The position numbers were made by a program, and so were the translations under genes. Shown in pieces: positions 14,524-28,695 of a DNA stretch of 64,000 bases. Origin of the DNA: Eledone cirrhosa (lineage: Eukaryota); the NCBI GenBank assembly GCA_964016885.1, contig OZ024746.1, forward strand, positions 22,134,001 to 22,198,000, written 5' to 3'. The notes under the pieces are model-generated. The model made no database searches. It was not told the origin of the DNA and worked only from the letters and a program-made list of their open reading frames with translations. Each line of letters begins with the position of its first letter. Within the stretch, counting starts at the first letter, position 1.

Positions 14524-15413
14524 ATGTATATATATATAATGAAAAACACAATCACCCACCTACACTTACACTCACATTTCCATCAATCCAATTTATTTCA
14601 TACAGCTTGGTTTAATCCAATGATATGGTAGAACACACTGTCCTAAGTGTTGTACCATGTAGTTGAATCCAAGACCTTATGATTGCAAAGTGAACTTCCT
14701 TCCTCAGAATATATGAGGGCTGTTGACAAATCAAGTATGACCCCAGCTTGAGGTCCTTTCCACACTATATATGAGGACAGTTAACATATTATCAAGTATG
14801 ATCATTGCTTGTGGTCCCTATCTCAATATATGAGGGCTGTTAACATATCAAGTATGGCCCTTGTTTGATTTCCCAAGGCCCTTCATTATTGGATTAAGTT
14901 ATACAGGTGACCCAGAGAATCTGAATTTCTCCCATAAAATATTTTCTGTGTGCCCTCACAAGCTTTAAAACTATGGAATTCATGGTATTTCATTGTCACA
15001 GATGTACATGATACCCCTATCGTGCCAATGAGAAGGCCACCATCCATTTGTGGTTCCAAAAAGTCTGAGTCCTGAATTGGCCTGGAAAGAAATAGGGAAG
15101 GAGGAATGGAGAATGAAATGTTTCTGCACATTGTTTTCTAGTGGCAGATGCTTGTTACACCAGTACCATTCTCTAAAACATTTGAAGGTGTTAAACTAGT
15201 AACAAATAAAACAAAGCAAGATGGCTTGGGACTACAAACACCCACAGGTTTCAAGTTCATCTACATTCACATGCATATATATATGCAACACTACACCATA
15301 CACACACGCACGCATGCGGGTGTGTATGTATGCACAAACTCACCAATAACTCATCACATCTTCAGAAACCAACACCATCTAATCGGATAGCCATCTATAT
15401 GTTTGTAACATGA

Positions 15414-15439
15414 TCTCTCTCTCTTTCTCTCTCTCTTTC

Positions 15440-15486
<47 letters not shown>

Positions 15487-15876
15487 ATCCCTCTCTCTCT
15501 CTATCCCTCTCTCTCTCTCTCTCTCTATCCCTCTCTCTCTCTATCCCTCTCTCTCTCTATCCCTCTCTCTCTCTATCCCTCTCTCTCTCTATCCCTCTCT
15601 CTCTCTATCCCTCTCTCTCTCTATCCCTCTCTCTCTCTCTCTATCCCTCTCTCTCTTTCTATCCCCCCCTCTCTCTCTCTCTCTCTCCCTCTCTCTATCC
15701 CCCTCTCTCTATCCCTCTCTCTCTATCACCCTCTCTCTCTATCCCTCTCTCTCTATCCCCCTCTCTCTATCCCCCTCTCTCTATCCCTCTCTGTCTACCC
15801 CCTCTCTCTATCCCCCTCTCTCTATCCCTCTCTCTCACCCCCTCTCTCACCCCCTCTCTCACCCCCTCTCTCTCTC
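15414..15876. repeat. (CT)n/CTATCC polypyrimidine array; similar tracts at 20598-20720, 45650-45980, 54801-54898, 59660-60250 and 63632-63698
   Basis: Read directly from the sequence. Confidence 0.97.
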
Positions 15877-17029
15877 AAGTGAACATATATATATCTTAGA
15901 TAATCTCTAAAGCAATCGAAACAGATATATATGAGAATTTTCTTCTTAGTAAAATAAATTTTAAAAAAATATAAAAAGGGGTTTGTACCCTCTACCCAAC
16001 CCAACTTGATACCATTTTCCACTCTTCCACCTCACCTCCAATCTGCTATTGTTGTTGTTGGTAGTAGTTATATAACTCCTGTGCAGTATGTGTGTGGGAG
16101 TTTGTAAAAGCTATAAACCCTATCCAGTGAAACTGATAATATAATGAGATGACTGCCTTTCTCTCTACAGGGAAGAGGGGAACATCCAGGTCATAATAGC
16201 TAAGGTAGAAGAGAACATTTCATTGTTAAGCTCTTAGTCTTTTCACTGCTCCCTCCTCCCTGACCTCATGAAACTGACCTCTAATATCTTAACCCTTTTC
16301 ATCATCATCATCATCATCAGGATCGTTTAATGTCTGCCTTCCCTGCTAGCAAGAGTTGAACAGGTTTACATAAATTAAGTCGGTACTGAAGCAGGGCTAT
16401 TGACTTCCCAGACAGGGCAGATGGGTGAGGGGTCAGCATCACACTTATGTATGGTCTCAAGAAACAGGGGAGGTCTTAGACACAACTGAAGGGGCCTCCT
16501 AACCCTTTGTTTGACATTTTAATTTATCCAGCCATAGAAAATTTGCCAAACAAGAAAACCTATTACCAATATTTCCAATGAATGTCACTACCAATGATTT
16601 TCAAATAATTTTGAAAATAACCAAGAATTTGGAGGGATTTAGTAATATAAACTTTCTTATTATCCAGCTGGTGTTTGAAGTAGAATTTATATCAAAGTTC
16701 TTACATAAAATTATAAGGGAAGTTCTTAAGATAAATATAAACACTTGAAAATAAACAGCTTTGTATCATAGAATGAGGGGCAGTTTCAGAGGATTTGTTA
16801 CCGAAAGAGTTAAAATATGTTCCTCTATGTATTCTCTCTCCCTTTGTTCAGTGTGTATGTGTGTATGATGTTTCAAAGCTTTGTGTTTGCATATGTGTAT
16901 GTATATTTGTGTCAACAAATGTGTAATCACTTGGTGTATTTTACATGATTTTATAAACTATTATTTATAACAATTGACTGTGTCCACCAGTTATTTTCTG
17001 CTTTAGAGATTTTCTAAATGTCCTAAGAA

Positions 17030-17414
17030 TATATATGTATGTATGTGTATGTATGTATGTATGTATGTGTGTATATATATATGTATGTATGTGTATATAT
17101 ATATGTATGTATGTGTGTATGTATGTATGTATATGTATGTGTATGTATGTATATATATGTATGTGTATGTATGTATGTATGTATGTATATGTATGTATGT
17201 GTATGTATGTGTATGTATGTATGTGTGTATGTGTGTGTGTGTATGTATGTGTGTATGTATGTGTGTATGTATGTATGTATGTATGTATGTATGTATATAT
17301 ATGTATGTATATGTAATATGTATGTGTATGTATATGTATGTGTATGTATATGTATGTATGTATGTATGTATGTGTATGTATGTATGTGTATGTATGTATG
17401 TGTATGTATGTATG

Positions 17415-17445
<31 letters not shown>

Positions 17446-18306
17446 GTATGTATGTATATATATATATGTATGTATGTATGTGTATGTATGTATATATATA
17501 TATGTATGTATGTATATGTATGTATGTATATATATGTATGTATGTATATGTATGTATGTATATATATGTATGTATGTATATGTATGTATATATATATATG
17601 TATGTATGTATATGTATGTATGTATATGTATGTATGTATGTATATGTATGTATATATATATATGTATGTATATGTATGTATATATATATATGTATGTAAT
17701 GTATATGTATGTATATATATATATATGTATGTATATGTATGTATATATATATATATGTATGTATGTATATGTATGTATATATATATATATGTATGTATGT
17801 ATATGTATGTATATATATATATGTATGTATGTATATGTATGTATATATATATATGTATGTATGTATATGTATGTATATATATATATGTATGTATGTATAT
17901 GTATGATATATATATATGTATGTATGTATATGTATGTATATATATATATGTATGTATGTATATGTATGTATATATATATATGTATGTATGTATATGTATG
18001 TATATATATATATGTATGTATGTATATGTATGTATATATATATATGTATGTATGTATATGTATGTATATATATATATGTATGTATGTATATGTATGTATA
18101 TATATATATGTATGTATGTATATGTATGTATATATATATATGTATGTATATATATATATGTATGTATGTATGTATATGTATGTATATATATGTATGTATG
18201 TATATGTATGTATATATATATATATGTATGTATGTATATGTATGTATATATATGTATGTATATGTATGTATGTATATGTATGTATATATATGTATGTATA
18301 TGTATG

Positions 18307-18337
<31 letters not shown>

Positions 18338-18442
18338 ATGTATATGTATGTATATATATATGTATATGTATGTATATATATATATATATGTATGTATATA
18401 TATATATATATGTATGTATGTATATATATATATATATGTATG

Positions 18443-18473
<31 letters not shown>

Positions 18474-19037
18474 ATATATATATATGTATGTATATGTATG
18501 TATGTATATGTATGTATGTATATATATATATATATGTATGTATATATATATATATGTATGTATGTATGTATATATATATATGTATGTATATGTATGTATG
18601 TATATGTATGTATGTATGTATATGTATATATATGTATATATATGTATGTATATGTATGTATATGTATGTATGTATGTATATGTATATATATGTATATATA
18701 TGTATGTATATGTATGTATATGTATGTATATATATATGTATATATATGTATGTATGTATATGTATGTATGTATGTATATGTATGTATATGTATGTATATA
18801 TATATGTATATATATGTATGTATGTATATGTATATGTATGTATGTATATGTATATATATGTATATATATGTATATATATTTATATGTATATATATGTATA
18901 TGTATATATATATGTATATGTATATGTATATATATGTATATGTATATGTATATATATGTATATGTATATATGTATATATATGTATATGTATATATGTATA
19001 TATATGTATATATATGTATGTATGTATATGTATATAT
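17030..19037. repeat. Compound (TATG)n/(TA)n microsatellite of about 2 kb
   Basis: Read directly from the sequence. Confidence 0.99.
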
Positions 19038-20253
19038 AACTAAGACAGTCAATTGCTTTAACTAGAATGTAAACAAAAACCCATGCTATCCACAAACTCA
19101 ATCAAATACAAACCACAACCTTACAATCAGCCCCCCTCATCAGACATAACACACAAGACATGAATTAAAATTCAAACACGTCCTGCAAACCCCATTGGGA
19201 TTGTTGCTAACCAACAACAGAATAGATTGGCTTCTGATAGTGTGCACAATTTCATCTGTCATTAATTATGCTACCTTTTTTTCTTGCTGTTGATTGGTAA
19301 ATTTCAAGGTAGTTTGTAATAACGAGTCTTATCTTTATATTTTTTTTTTACTTTTTGTTATCTTTTAGTCTCAATGATACATAGCTTCCTTTAACAAGAA
19401 ACTTACCTCCAACACAATCTTGTCTATACTAGCTATAGCTTTCCTTTAACAAGAGTCTTACCCCCTCCACAGTCTTACCTCCACCACTGTCCCGTCTACG
19501 TTTGCCATAGCTTTCCTTTAATGAGAGTCTTACCTCTACCACAGTCTACATTTGCATCTCTTTTTACTTCTTTCATCAAAACTATTTCCTGTCGGTGTGT
19601 TGGTGAGGTGGGTGATGGTAGGGGGTGAAGAGTGGGTGGAATAAAATTTCTCGGGTTACATATAGCATAAGAGAGTGTGTGGGTGCTAAAGTCTAATATG
19701 CAGAGAAGTCGGCACCATAAATGCAATACCACCACTACCAACACCACCACCATTAAAACCATCACCATCACTGCTGCCTCCTTCCCCACTGAGACCACAC
19801 CACCAGTACCACTACCAACAACACACTGCCAACAACACACTGCCAACTACAACAGGATCACTGCCATCACCAACAACACCATTACCACCATCACAAATAC
19901 CACCACCACTAACACTTTCGTCACTAAGACCCCCCCCCCCTCCCACACTACCATCATCAACATTATCAGCAACAACTGTTACTGGAGCCCCAAAGAATAC
20001 AAGACAAAACCTGCCAAGGTTAGCTTTGCCTTTCATCCTTACGGGGTCGATAAAATACCAGTAACACACCGGGGTCAATTTAATCGATTTTTTTTCCCCC
20101 TCCTCCAAATGTTGGCCTTGTGCCTAAATCAGGCCGAGGTTAACTTTGCCTTTCATCCTTACGGGGTCGATAAAATAGAGTACCAGTAATACACTGGGAT
20201 ATTTGCTGGCCTTGTGCTAAAAGTAGAAACAATTATTATTATTATTATTATTA

Positions 20254-20457
20254 GGGCAGTGGATTGGCAGTATCGGTAGAGGGTCGGACGCCATGCTTTG
20301 ACGCAAAGAGTTACGACCCTTGCCATTCTCAGTTCAAATCCCACCGAGGTTAACTTTGACTTTCATCCTTACGGGGTCGATAAAATAAAGTACCAGTAAT
20401 GTACTGGGATAATTACTGGCCATGTGCCAAAAGTAGAAACAATTATTATTATTATTA
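20254..20457 (+). mobile_element. tRNA-derived SINE with a Nin/Deu-like core and (ATT)n tail, preceded by two tandem partial copies (about 20010-20250)
   Basis: A-box TGGCAGTATCGG, B-box GTTCAAATCC, core GAGGTTAACTTTGACTTTCATCCTTACGGGGTCGATAAAATAAAGTACCAG and tail GTAGAAACA(ATT)n. More than ten further partial copies occur in the window. Confidence 0.85.
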
Positions 20458-20611
20458 GTAGTAGTAGTAGTAGTCTCTCCTTTGTAAGTTTCATTCCGCA
20501 ACTCAGTGAACACATCCTATTGGGAAATCATAAACCTCTTATGAGACATTAAAAAAAAAATGAAATTTAATCTCTTTAACTCTGTTTAATTTGACAGTCT
20601 CTCTCTCTCTC

Positions 20612-20645
<34 letters not shown>

Positions 20646-20646
20646 G

Positions 20647-20679
<33 letters not shown>

Positions 20680-22836
20680 GCTCTCTCTCTCTCATTAGTT
20701 CTCTTTCTCTTTCTTTCAACCTGGTTGTGTACTTCTGTTGTGCTAAACACACCGGAAATCAGTTAAGACACTGCTAGTATTTCATGCTGATAGTTTTTAT
20801 GAATGATATAACTATGCTGTAGTAACAGCAGTTACGATGACAATAACAGCAACATTAACAACAATAACAATAACAGTAATAGGTACAAGGCCACACAATT
20901 GTGGTGGGGGAGTGTAGTTGATTACATCAACCCAGTTGCAGCATAAGACTAAATGCTGTTAAGCATTTAGTTATGTCACTTTGTTCTGAGTTTAAATTCT
21001 GCTGAGGTCAATTTTGCCTTTCATCCTGCTATGATTGATTAAATAAAGTACCAGTCGAGTACTGGGGTTAATTTTTCCTCTATATCTCCTCCTCACTTTC
21101 CTTTTCTCACTCTCTATCCTTCTCGGGAAGAAATCTGCTGTATTCAGACCTGCCGAGGAGATGGGCTTCGCCAGGTTTTAAAAATGCCCTAAGAAACTCT
21201 GTATGTCAATATGGCACTCCTATGACTCCCTTGGGAGTTAAGGGTCTATTCCATACCAAATACTGGGGTTAACATAATTGAATTTTTTCTCCTTCCCCAA
21301 ATTGTTGGCCTACCCCTAGTCCCTAAAATCCATTTCCATCATAAGTTATTATATCAATAGAGTTGACTTTAATAGCATTTGAAACCGTAAAATGCTTGGT
21401 GATAGGAAGGGCATCCAGCTATAGAACACTTGCCAAACAAAGAGTAGAAAGAGCTCTTCAGTTGTGTCAGATATGACCACCTCTCCAGTGTTGGTGCCAT
21501 TACCCTAATGCTGGTGCCATTATAAGATACAAGGCACACTCTGTAGAGTGCAGGAGCATATGTAAGCAAGACATGGCACCAGGCTCATCTAAAAGATCAA
21601 TGGCTTTTAGTGCTGACTTTGTTTGTGACAATCTGTCCAACACATCATGATAATGATGATGAAGATGATGATTTACATGATACAATGTAATTATCATTAA
21701 TGGTATTTTTATAATTAAAACAACTATTTTGCCAGTGAAACATTTGTTGTTGGTAGTTGTAGTAATTTAGCTTTAGTAGGCATACAGACCAGCTGTTTTT
21801 GATTATTCCTTTAGATATCAGCCCTGCCAAAACTGGTTCTGGTTCTATGAAACAAAACCACCCATTTTAAAGAGTTCCTATTAAAATAAAAATCTTCCAA
21901 CATAATTTTATATAAGATGTTAAAATCTTAGTAATAAAATAATGATTTTAATAAATCTCTCAAAATTTTTCAGTAATTAATTGAAAGATTGTATTTCATT
22001 AGAAATATGGTCATGAAAAGGTTATGTTATTTAAATTAATCTATCTTGGTAATAGTATATTCTACTAGCTTGGAAACACTGGTAGCTTAAGGCGCTGAAG
22101 TTGAAAGATTAAGGCTCAAATTAAGATACGTGGTTTAGTGGTTCTGGTATTTGGCTTGTGACTATAAGATTGTGGGTCTGATTTACCTGACCAGACAGCA
22201 TGTTGTATCCTTGAGCAAAACACTTTATTTTATGTTGTGTTAGTCCACTCAGCTAGAACAAATGAGTTACAATGTGTCAAATTGTATTGGCCTTTGCTTT
22301 TCACTTGAACAACATTGGCAGCATAAAGCTGGGAGATTGGCATGGATGGGCTACTGGTGGTTTTTTTTGAAAAGTCAGTAACTCCTAATAATTACTGATT
22401 TGAACTGTGACAACCTGTTCAATCTTTGCTAGCAAGGATGGTAAATCATTTTCAGTTTACTGGATGCATATCATACTATATATATATATATGTATGTGTG
22501 TGTACATTATTCATACTGTAAATGAATAGGACACTGGTGCATTTTGACACTAAATCTTTCAGTAAAAAATGTTTTACACACCATAAAATATGCTATTATA
22601 TTACTAAAGTACCAGTAATACATAGGTAATTGCTGGCCTTGTGCCAAAAGTAGAAACAATTATATTACTTAGACAGTCATACAATAGTCTCTTTTTCTTC
22701 ATAAATATCTTTACTTCATCTATTAAAAATTTGCTGTTATTTCATACAGGTGGAACTGCACTAGTAATAATAATAACAATAGCATTGAACATATCTAAAT
22801 TTTAGTGTCCATCATCATCGTCGTCTTCCATATATA

Positions 22837-24096
22837 CAGGGTGCGGACGATATTTGTTCGCAAGATTACTGTCTAGGAAAAAATAACACAGTAGTTTTAT
22901 TTTTTAAGATATATTTATCACACTTGGGTCAGTATGTCTTCATGACTTGTTCTTTCGATCTCACTCAATAAACCCGCCATTGGCTTTGATGACGGCCTCG
23001 GAACTGGCTACAGGCCTTCGTCACTGTCTCCCGAAATGCACTTGTGATCTTGGCCTTCAGATCGTCTTTTGTATTGCAGCTAGATCGGTTGGTGTCTCAT
23101 TCCACTGCGCCCCACATAAAGAAGTCGAGAGGGTTGCAGTCAGGCGAGCTGGAAGGCCAGATGTCAGGTGAAGTGTGGTCGATGAAGTTCTCTGACAGCC
23201 AGGCTTGGGTCTTTCGGCTGGTATGGCAGGGCGCTGAGTCTTGCTGCCACACGTACGGCCTACCTACAGCTACCTCGCTCAGAATGCGGATGTAGCCATC
23301 GGTGTTCAGCTTGAGGCTCTCAGAGAAGAAGTGAGGTGGCATGACGTCACCTTGACTGCTGATGACACCTAAGACCAATGTTGTCGCTGGAAACTTTGTC
23401 TGCATGACTCTGGGAACGTCTTTGGATGAGACAGCGAGCCACCTGTTGTTCTGGGAGTTGATCTTCTGGTCTTGGCAGAAGTTTTTCTCGTCGGAGAAAA
23501 ACCACAGCATGTCTGGCTCCAGTGGGTGTTTCAACTTGTTGATCAGCTTCTTTGCGTGCTTCAGTCGCTTTTCTTGCATCACCTTTGACAGAAATTGTCC
23601 TTTCCTCATCTTGTATGAAACGTAGCGAATGTCTTCATGTACCACCAGCCTAATGAGCTTTTCATCCACGCCTTTCTCCCTTGCAATGGCACGCATCGAC
23701 TTGCTAGGTTCAGTGTTGATGATATCCTGAACTTCCACGACGAACTCGGGCGTTCTGAAGGCGTCAGATCGTCGATCATGTGTTTTTCTCTCTGATGTTG
23801 CTTCGTAGTCGAATTCTGAATCTTCCAATTCCTTTCTGACCTTTTCCACCGTTCTCCTGCTGACGCTGAGAAAGTCTGAAATTTCCTTATTTGTCCTCCC
23901 GGCATGGATTCCAAGAAGAACTCTGTGTCTCTTCCACAAATTTGGAGGTTCAAAATTATTCATAATCAATTATTCTGAAAATAAATAATGGAAATATAGT
24001 CACTGTTTTTATGAAGAGAAGAGTGACAACGGAAGTAAAAAAAATTTGCATAAAATTAGCAGTTGAAAATTGCGAACAAATATCGTCCACACCCTG
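22837..24096 (-). mobile_element. Tc1/mariner DNA transposon of the DD37D (maT) family, full length and decayed
   Basis: 27-bp TIRs CAGGGTGYGGACGATATTTGTTCGCAA (22837-22863 and 24070-24096, one mismatch), TA on both sides, 1260 bp long. Confidence 0.95.
22961..23963 (-). pseudogene. DD37D transposase pseudogene
   Basis: Catalytic motifs WFFSDEKNF, WQQDSAPCH and SPDCNPLDF, with 37 residues between the second and third D. A premature TGA follows WGAVE, and a frameshift precedes the C-terminal EAVIKANGGFIE-stop. Confidence 0.9.
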
Positions 24097-24634
24097 TATA
24101 TATGTAGTAGAAATACTTGAGAAATAAACAAGCATACAAACTGGGAAATTTGTGTGTTGATATGTTAATGGTTTGCATAAGAGAAACCCCATAGTCTATG
24201 TTGATTACTGACGTAGAAGTGATAAAAGTTAAGAATGATATTATAATAATTCATTTCTAGGACATTACATAAATGTTCAGCATATATGTACAAATGACAT
24301 ACAGATGTAAATGTATGAGTAACTTTAAAGAAATAACAATATACAGGGACAAATGTAGGACCTTGTGAATAGAAATAGAAAGCAAACATCTTATTAGGGC
24401 AACATGACTGAGATAGGAAATGCATTGTATGTGTGTGTATGTAAAGTGTTACAGATAGATATTTACGAGTGTCGGCTGAAAAGTCCATAGGCTGACTATG
24501 AAGGAACACTGAAATCTTGCAGGCGATATTGTTTTTTTTCTAGGAACTGTTGAAAAATAAACCTTGTTTAGTAACTCCATGAGAGTATCTTGGACAGCAT
24601 ATACACTTTTCAGCCATCTTCCTCCAGTTGCAAC

Positions 24635-24675
<41 letters not shown>

Positions 24676-25524
24676 TAACATATGTGATACATTATTATGG
24701 TTGATGGCAGAACTATTAGTTTCTAAAGTGTTAACCTTCACCCACAGAAGTTGAATGAACCACATAATGCTACATATCTCAGTTTATATAACTGTTGACA
24801 ATAGAAAGTTACTGGTGTTTTATTTAGAGGAACATATATCTCTTATCCATTCAATGCCAAGAAATTATAGGTAAGGTTCTTAAGGATTTAGGAAGCAGTT
24901 ACATTTTACAATTACAGAACTAACTACTGCATTACCATATTTCTAATAAAACACGCTGCCTATGATTTTCAAATAAGTTTGAAAATAAGAATTTGGAACG
25001 ATTTAGTGATACAACTAACATTCTCATTGTTATTGTTGTTGGTGTCGGTGGTGCTGTTGATGTTCTTGTTGGATGGTATTGTTGTTGATGTTGTTGATAT
25101 TATGCAAGAGTATCCTAGAACCTTGTGGATTCAAAGCAAACTATTTATTTATCTTTTTTATTTATAATTGACACCAGACCATAAATTTGTACATCTAGTT
25201 GGTTAAATTGATTTAAATACATTACTGGAACTTTGAGCAGTTGTCATTTACCATAACCTCCAAATCACCCATACCTTGTAAGTGAAATTGAGGAGATGGA
25301 AATTCTCCCCAATTTGGAAGTCCATTGGGGAGACTCTACTTGTATCAGTAATACTTTGAGTTAGACTTCTGAGAGTGTCAAGCTGAATCTTCCTGAGAAT
25401 TACATTAAGAGTAGACATGCCAGTGTAATGTCTAACGACTTGCACATTAATTTCATGAGCAGGCTGTTCTGTTGATCAAACAGTTGAAATAGTCATAAAA
25501 AACCAGCAGTCCCATTCCAATATG

Positions 25525-25753
25525 CTGATAAATTTTAAAAAACCAGTACAGTGCAGTATAAATATATAAAGGGCAAATGAATAAAACAAAGTAATGTTTT
25601 ACCCAGTATGTTTCAACACAATATTTCAGAGCTATAACCCTCTTTTCATGTTGAAATATACTGGGTGAAACATTACTTTGTTTTGTTTTATATGTCATCT
25701 TTTACCCTCTATATATTTCTACAACATTGTACTGGCTTTTTGAAACTTATCAG
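25525..25753. repeat. Foldback (palindromic) element; second copy at 31101-31238
   Basis: Arms at 25525-25618 and 25649-25753 are imperfect reverse complements around a 30-nt spacer. Confidence 0.8.
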
Positions 25754-26771
25754 TCATTTATTACATATCACACAATGCTTCATATTAACTTTACTACTAT
25801 ATATGTATATATTCTTTATCATTCAGTTTTGTTTAGATATTTCTACTGAAGACTTCTTGCTAATTAAGGGCAGTAATTATTTTCTATGTGGCAGATGAAA
25901 TAAATCAATTAATTTGTTAAATGGAACATTTTGTAACTAATTTGATTTTGTAATCATTAAAAAATGATAATTATGTATAATTATTAAAAATCCTTTTAGT
26001 CAAAATTTTTTAGAGAAGAGCCTCAAATTTCACATAGCTTAGGGCCTCAGCAGGTGAATGTCCAGCCATGGTTCTAGTTGACCTGAGGCTATGGTAAATG
26101 ATACTTACCTAAGACGACACACACAGTAGGATCAAGCCTGGGACTTTATGATTGAGAAGTGAACTTCTTAACCACTTTGCCATGTTTACATCATTTCATA
26201 TGCTCCTACATATAGTACATACACACACATACAGACACACACACACACATGCAGGTGAACAGTCAGTCAGTCTGACTGACTGATTGACAGTGAGATGGAC
26301 TGACAGACGGACAGACAAACAAACAGACAGAGAAAGGTTTTCTCTTAGCCATCAGATCTCTGGTTACAATTGTGTTTATGTTACATAATATCAATGAGAC
26401 CCCTTCCTGCTCTCAGCAATCATGTCAAAAGATCTAAAGTATTGGTTTACAGCACAATCTCTATTGAAAAGTAAACAAGTAAAAGTCATCTGTATTCAGG
26501 TTACCTGAGTTTAGATTAAATTTAAAACATTTCCATGATGTTCTCACTGTTTATCCTTTCAGTACAAATCTAAACCGTTGACCTTTTTTATTTAAAAAAA
26601 GTAGTGACAATAGTTTGAATTGTTTTATTCGGTAAAACGTGTGTAGTTTTAATATCAAAAAGAAACAGGTGCATATATGTATGTGCAGAGGACAGTTTTA
26701 ATATCAGAGACCAGGTGTATATATATAAATTCATAAATGTGTATGTACGTATGAATGCATGTATGCATTCA

Positions 26772-27066
26772 TGCATTTACCCAAAAAGTAGAACTGATCT
26801 ACATCATTGGATACAAATGAAGTCACAGGTTTTATATCGGAGGGACCTTCTCCTAGAGAGATGTCTTAATGAAGACTAGGAATCTCTTGCTCCACAAAAA
26901 AAAAAATTATTGGATAGCCGTTGAATTTTGTGAGTTTCTCCGCCTTTTGACGGGTCTTGTTTTTCATCCCGCAGGGTGTCCAAAATTACATGCATTCATG
27001 ATATAAAACCTGCGACTTCATTTGTATCCAAAGATGTAGATCAGTTCTACTGTTTGAGTAAATACA
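26772..27066. repeat. 67-bp inverted repeats enclosing a fragment of the RTE-type 5' head
   Basis: 26772-26838 versus 27000-27066, five mismatches. Confidence 0.85.
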
Positions 27067-28250
27067 TTCAATGTTCAAGAGTGGGATTGGCCCCATACAA
27101 AGCCTTTCCTCACTTAAAAAAGCTTCAAGCATAGGTATCACTTGATATGTGACATTTTTTTTCTACAGTTAATACTAACCACTTTACAGAGTGTACTGGG
27201 TGCATTTCATCATGGCACTGCTAGGGAGGTTGTTGGCAATAGACTCTAACTGAAGAGCACTTCCTATTAGGGGGAGGTAAGAAGGAAGATAAGTGTGATG
27301 TCATGGAAAAGTAGCAATAGTTTCGGGTGAGTGTCGGTGGCAGGAATAATCTCAAACTATGATAGAAGCCGAAACTATGGTTGCAAAGTAAACATCTTGA
27401 CCACACAGCCATGCCTGCATTTAATTTATTTAACATTACTAATGTCCTTAGATATGACACAACCCCCACAACTTCCTATGTAACTTACCTACTTACACCC
27501 AGAATTGTTAACATTCTTATCTATATAAGAAACAATTGCCAGTAAGTCTTTAACAATGAATCATAGTAGTATGAACAATTTTAGTTTAGAAATTAAATCC
27601 TGCTGCTGTTTCTGTTATCATTGTTTTACTTGAATTTAAAGTAGTTGATAGGTAAAGTTGTTAGAGCATTGGAGAAAATGCTTCAGAGATTTCAGTTCTA
27701 GCATTTTCTGTTCTGGGTTCAAATTTTGCCAAAGGTCAACTTTGCCTTTCATCCTTCGGAGTTTGATACAGTACCACTGAAATACTGGAATCACTATACC
27801 CCAGTTTCCTCTTCCTACAAATTGCAAGTATTATGCCTAGATTAGAGATCATTATAGTAAAATAAGGTACCAGTGAAATACTGGGGTTGATATAATCCAC
27901 TTCCCCTCCCCCAAACATTGCTAGCCAGTGTTAGAATTATTTTACCCCAAATCAATCCTCATTGAGCAAACCTATTATCTCTCTCAATGCCTGCAAACCT
28001 ATGATCTGTCTTAATATATACCTAAAACAATACTGTCTAATATGACCTTCCTTTTTTAAGACAGTAGAATGTGATTTGAGAAAATTTAGCCGCTGTTTCT
28101 GGTATGCTATGTCACTGCATGTTCCAGTTTGATTTGGTGATGAAATCATCAGGAAACCCTGACAATTGACAGCTAAACCTGCATAAGTGTGACCTGTAAA
28201 TTATACTTTATGTTGGCAACAATTATATACACATGAACATATATATATAT

Positions 28251-28689
28251 ATCATCATCGTTTAACGTCTATCTTCCACGCTAGCATGGGTTTAGACGGG
28301 AATTGTCCCACTTGAAGCAAGATTGGTCATCTCGCTCGTATAGGACTGTCTGGCAGGTTTTCTACGGCTGGATGTCCTTCCTAGCACCAACCACATTTAC
28401 AGTGTGGACTGGGATGTTTTTACTGTGTTACCTACACGGCCACATTACAGCGTGGACTGTGTGTTTTTTTGTCGTGACACCTACACAACCTCATTTATTT
28501 AGGACTGGATTTTGTGGTACCAACATAACTTTACAGAGAAAGGGGTGGTGTTGATGGAGGTTGGGGTAGTGGGAATGGGGTGTATATTTGATTAAGAGGT
28601 GCCTACTGACTGTAGGTTTCGCTTTGTACTTAGGCAAGGCGGGTTTTCTGTATTACTGCGTGGCGCCAAAGATCTTGGTCCAGTGACAT
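28251..28689 (-). mobile_element. RTE 3' UTR fragment
   Basis: Closely similar to about 970-1400 and to the reverse complement of about 14050-14520. Confidence 0.88.
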
Positions 28690-28695
28690 ATATAT

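Noticed and set aside
14886-15131. Unique-looking 81-aa ORF and a nearby AG acceptor as a possible upstream exon
   Set aside because: No recognisable domain, and all + strand frames after the acceptor reach a stop without a convincing donor.
16965-19101. ORFs of 375-695 aa rich in Y/I/H/T or M/Y/V/C
   Set aside because: Translations of a TA/TATG microsatellite that contains almost no stop codons and is open in most frames.
19150-19320. Possible promoter with inverted CCAAT boxes
   Set aside because: Short motifs expected by chance, with no supporting exon or CpG enrichment.
19677-20189. 170-aa Thr-rich mucin-like ORF
   Set aside because: An ACC-rich low-complexity tract that runs into SINE fragments.
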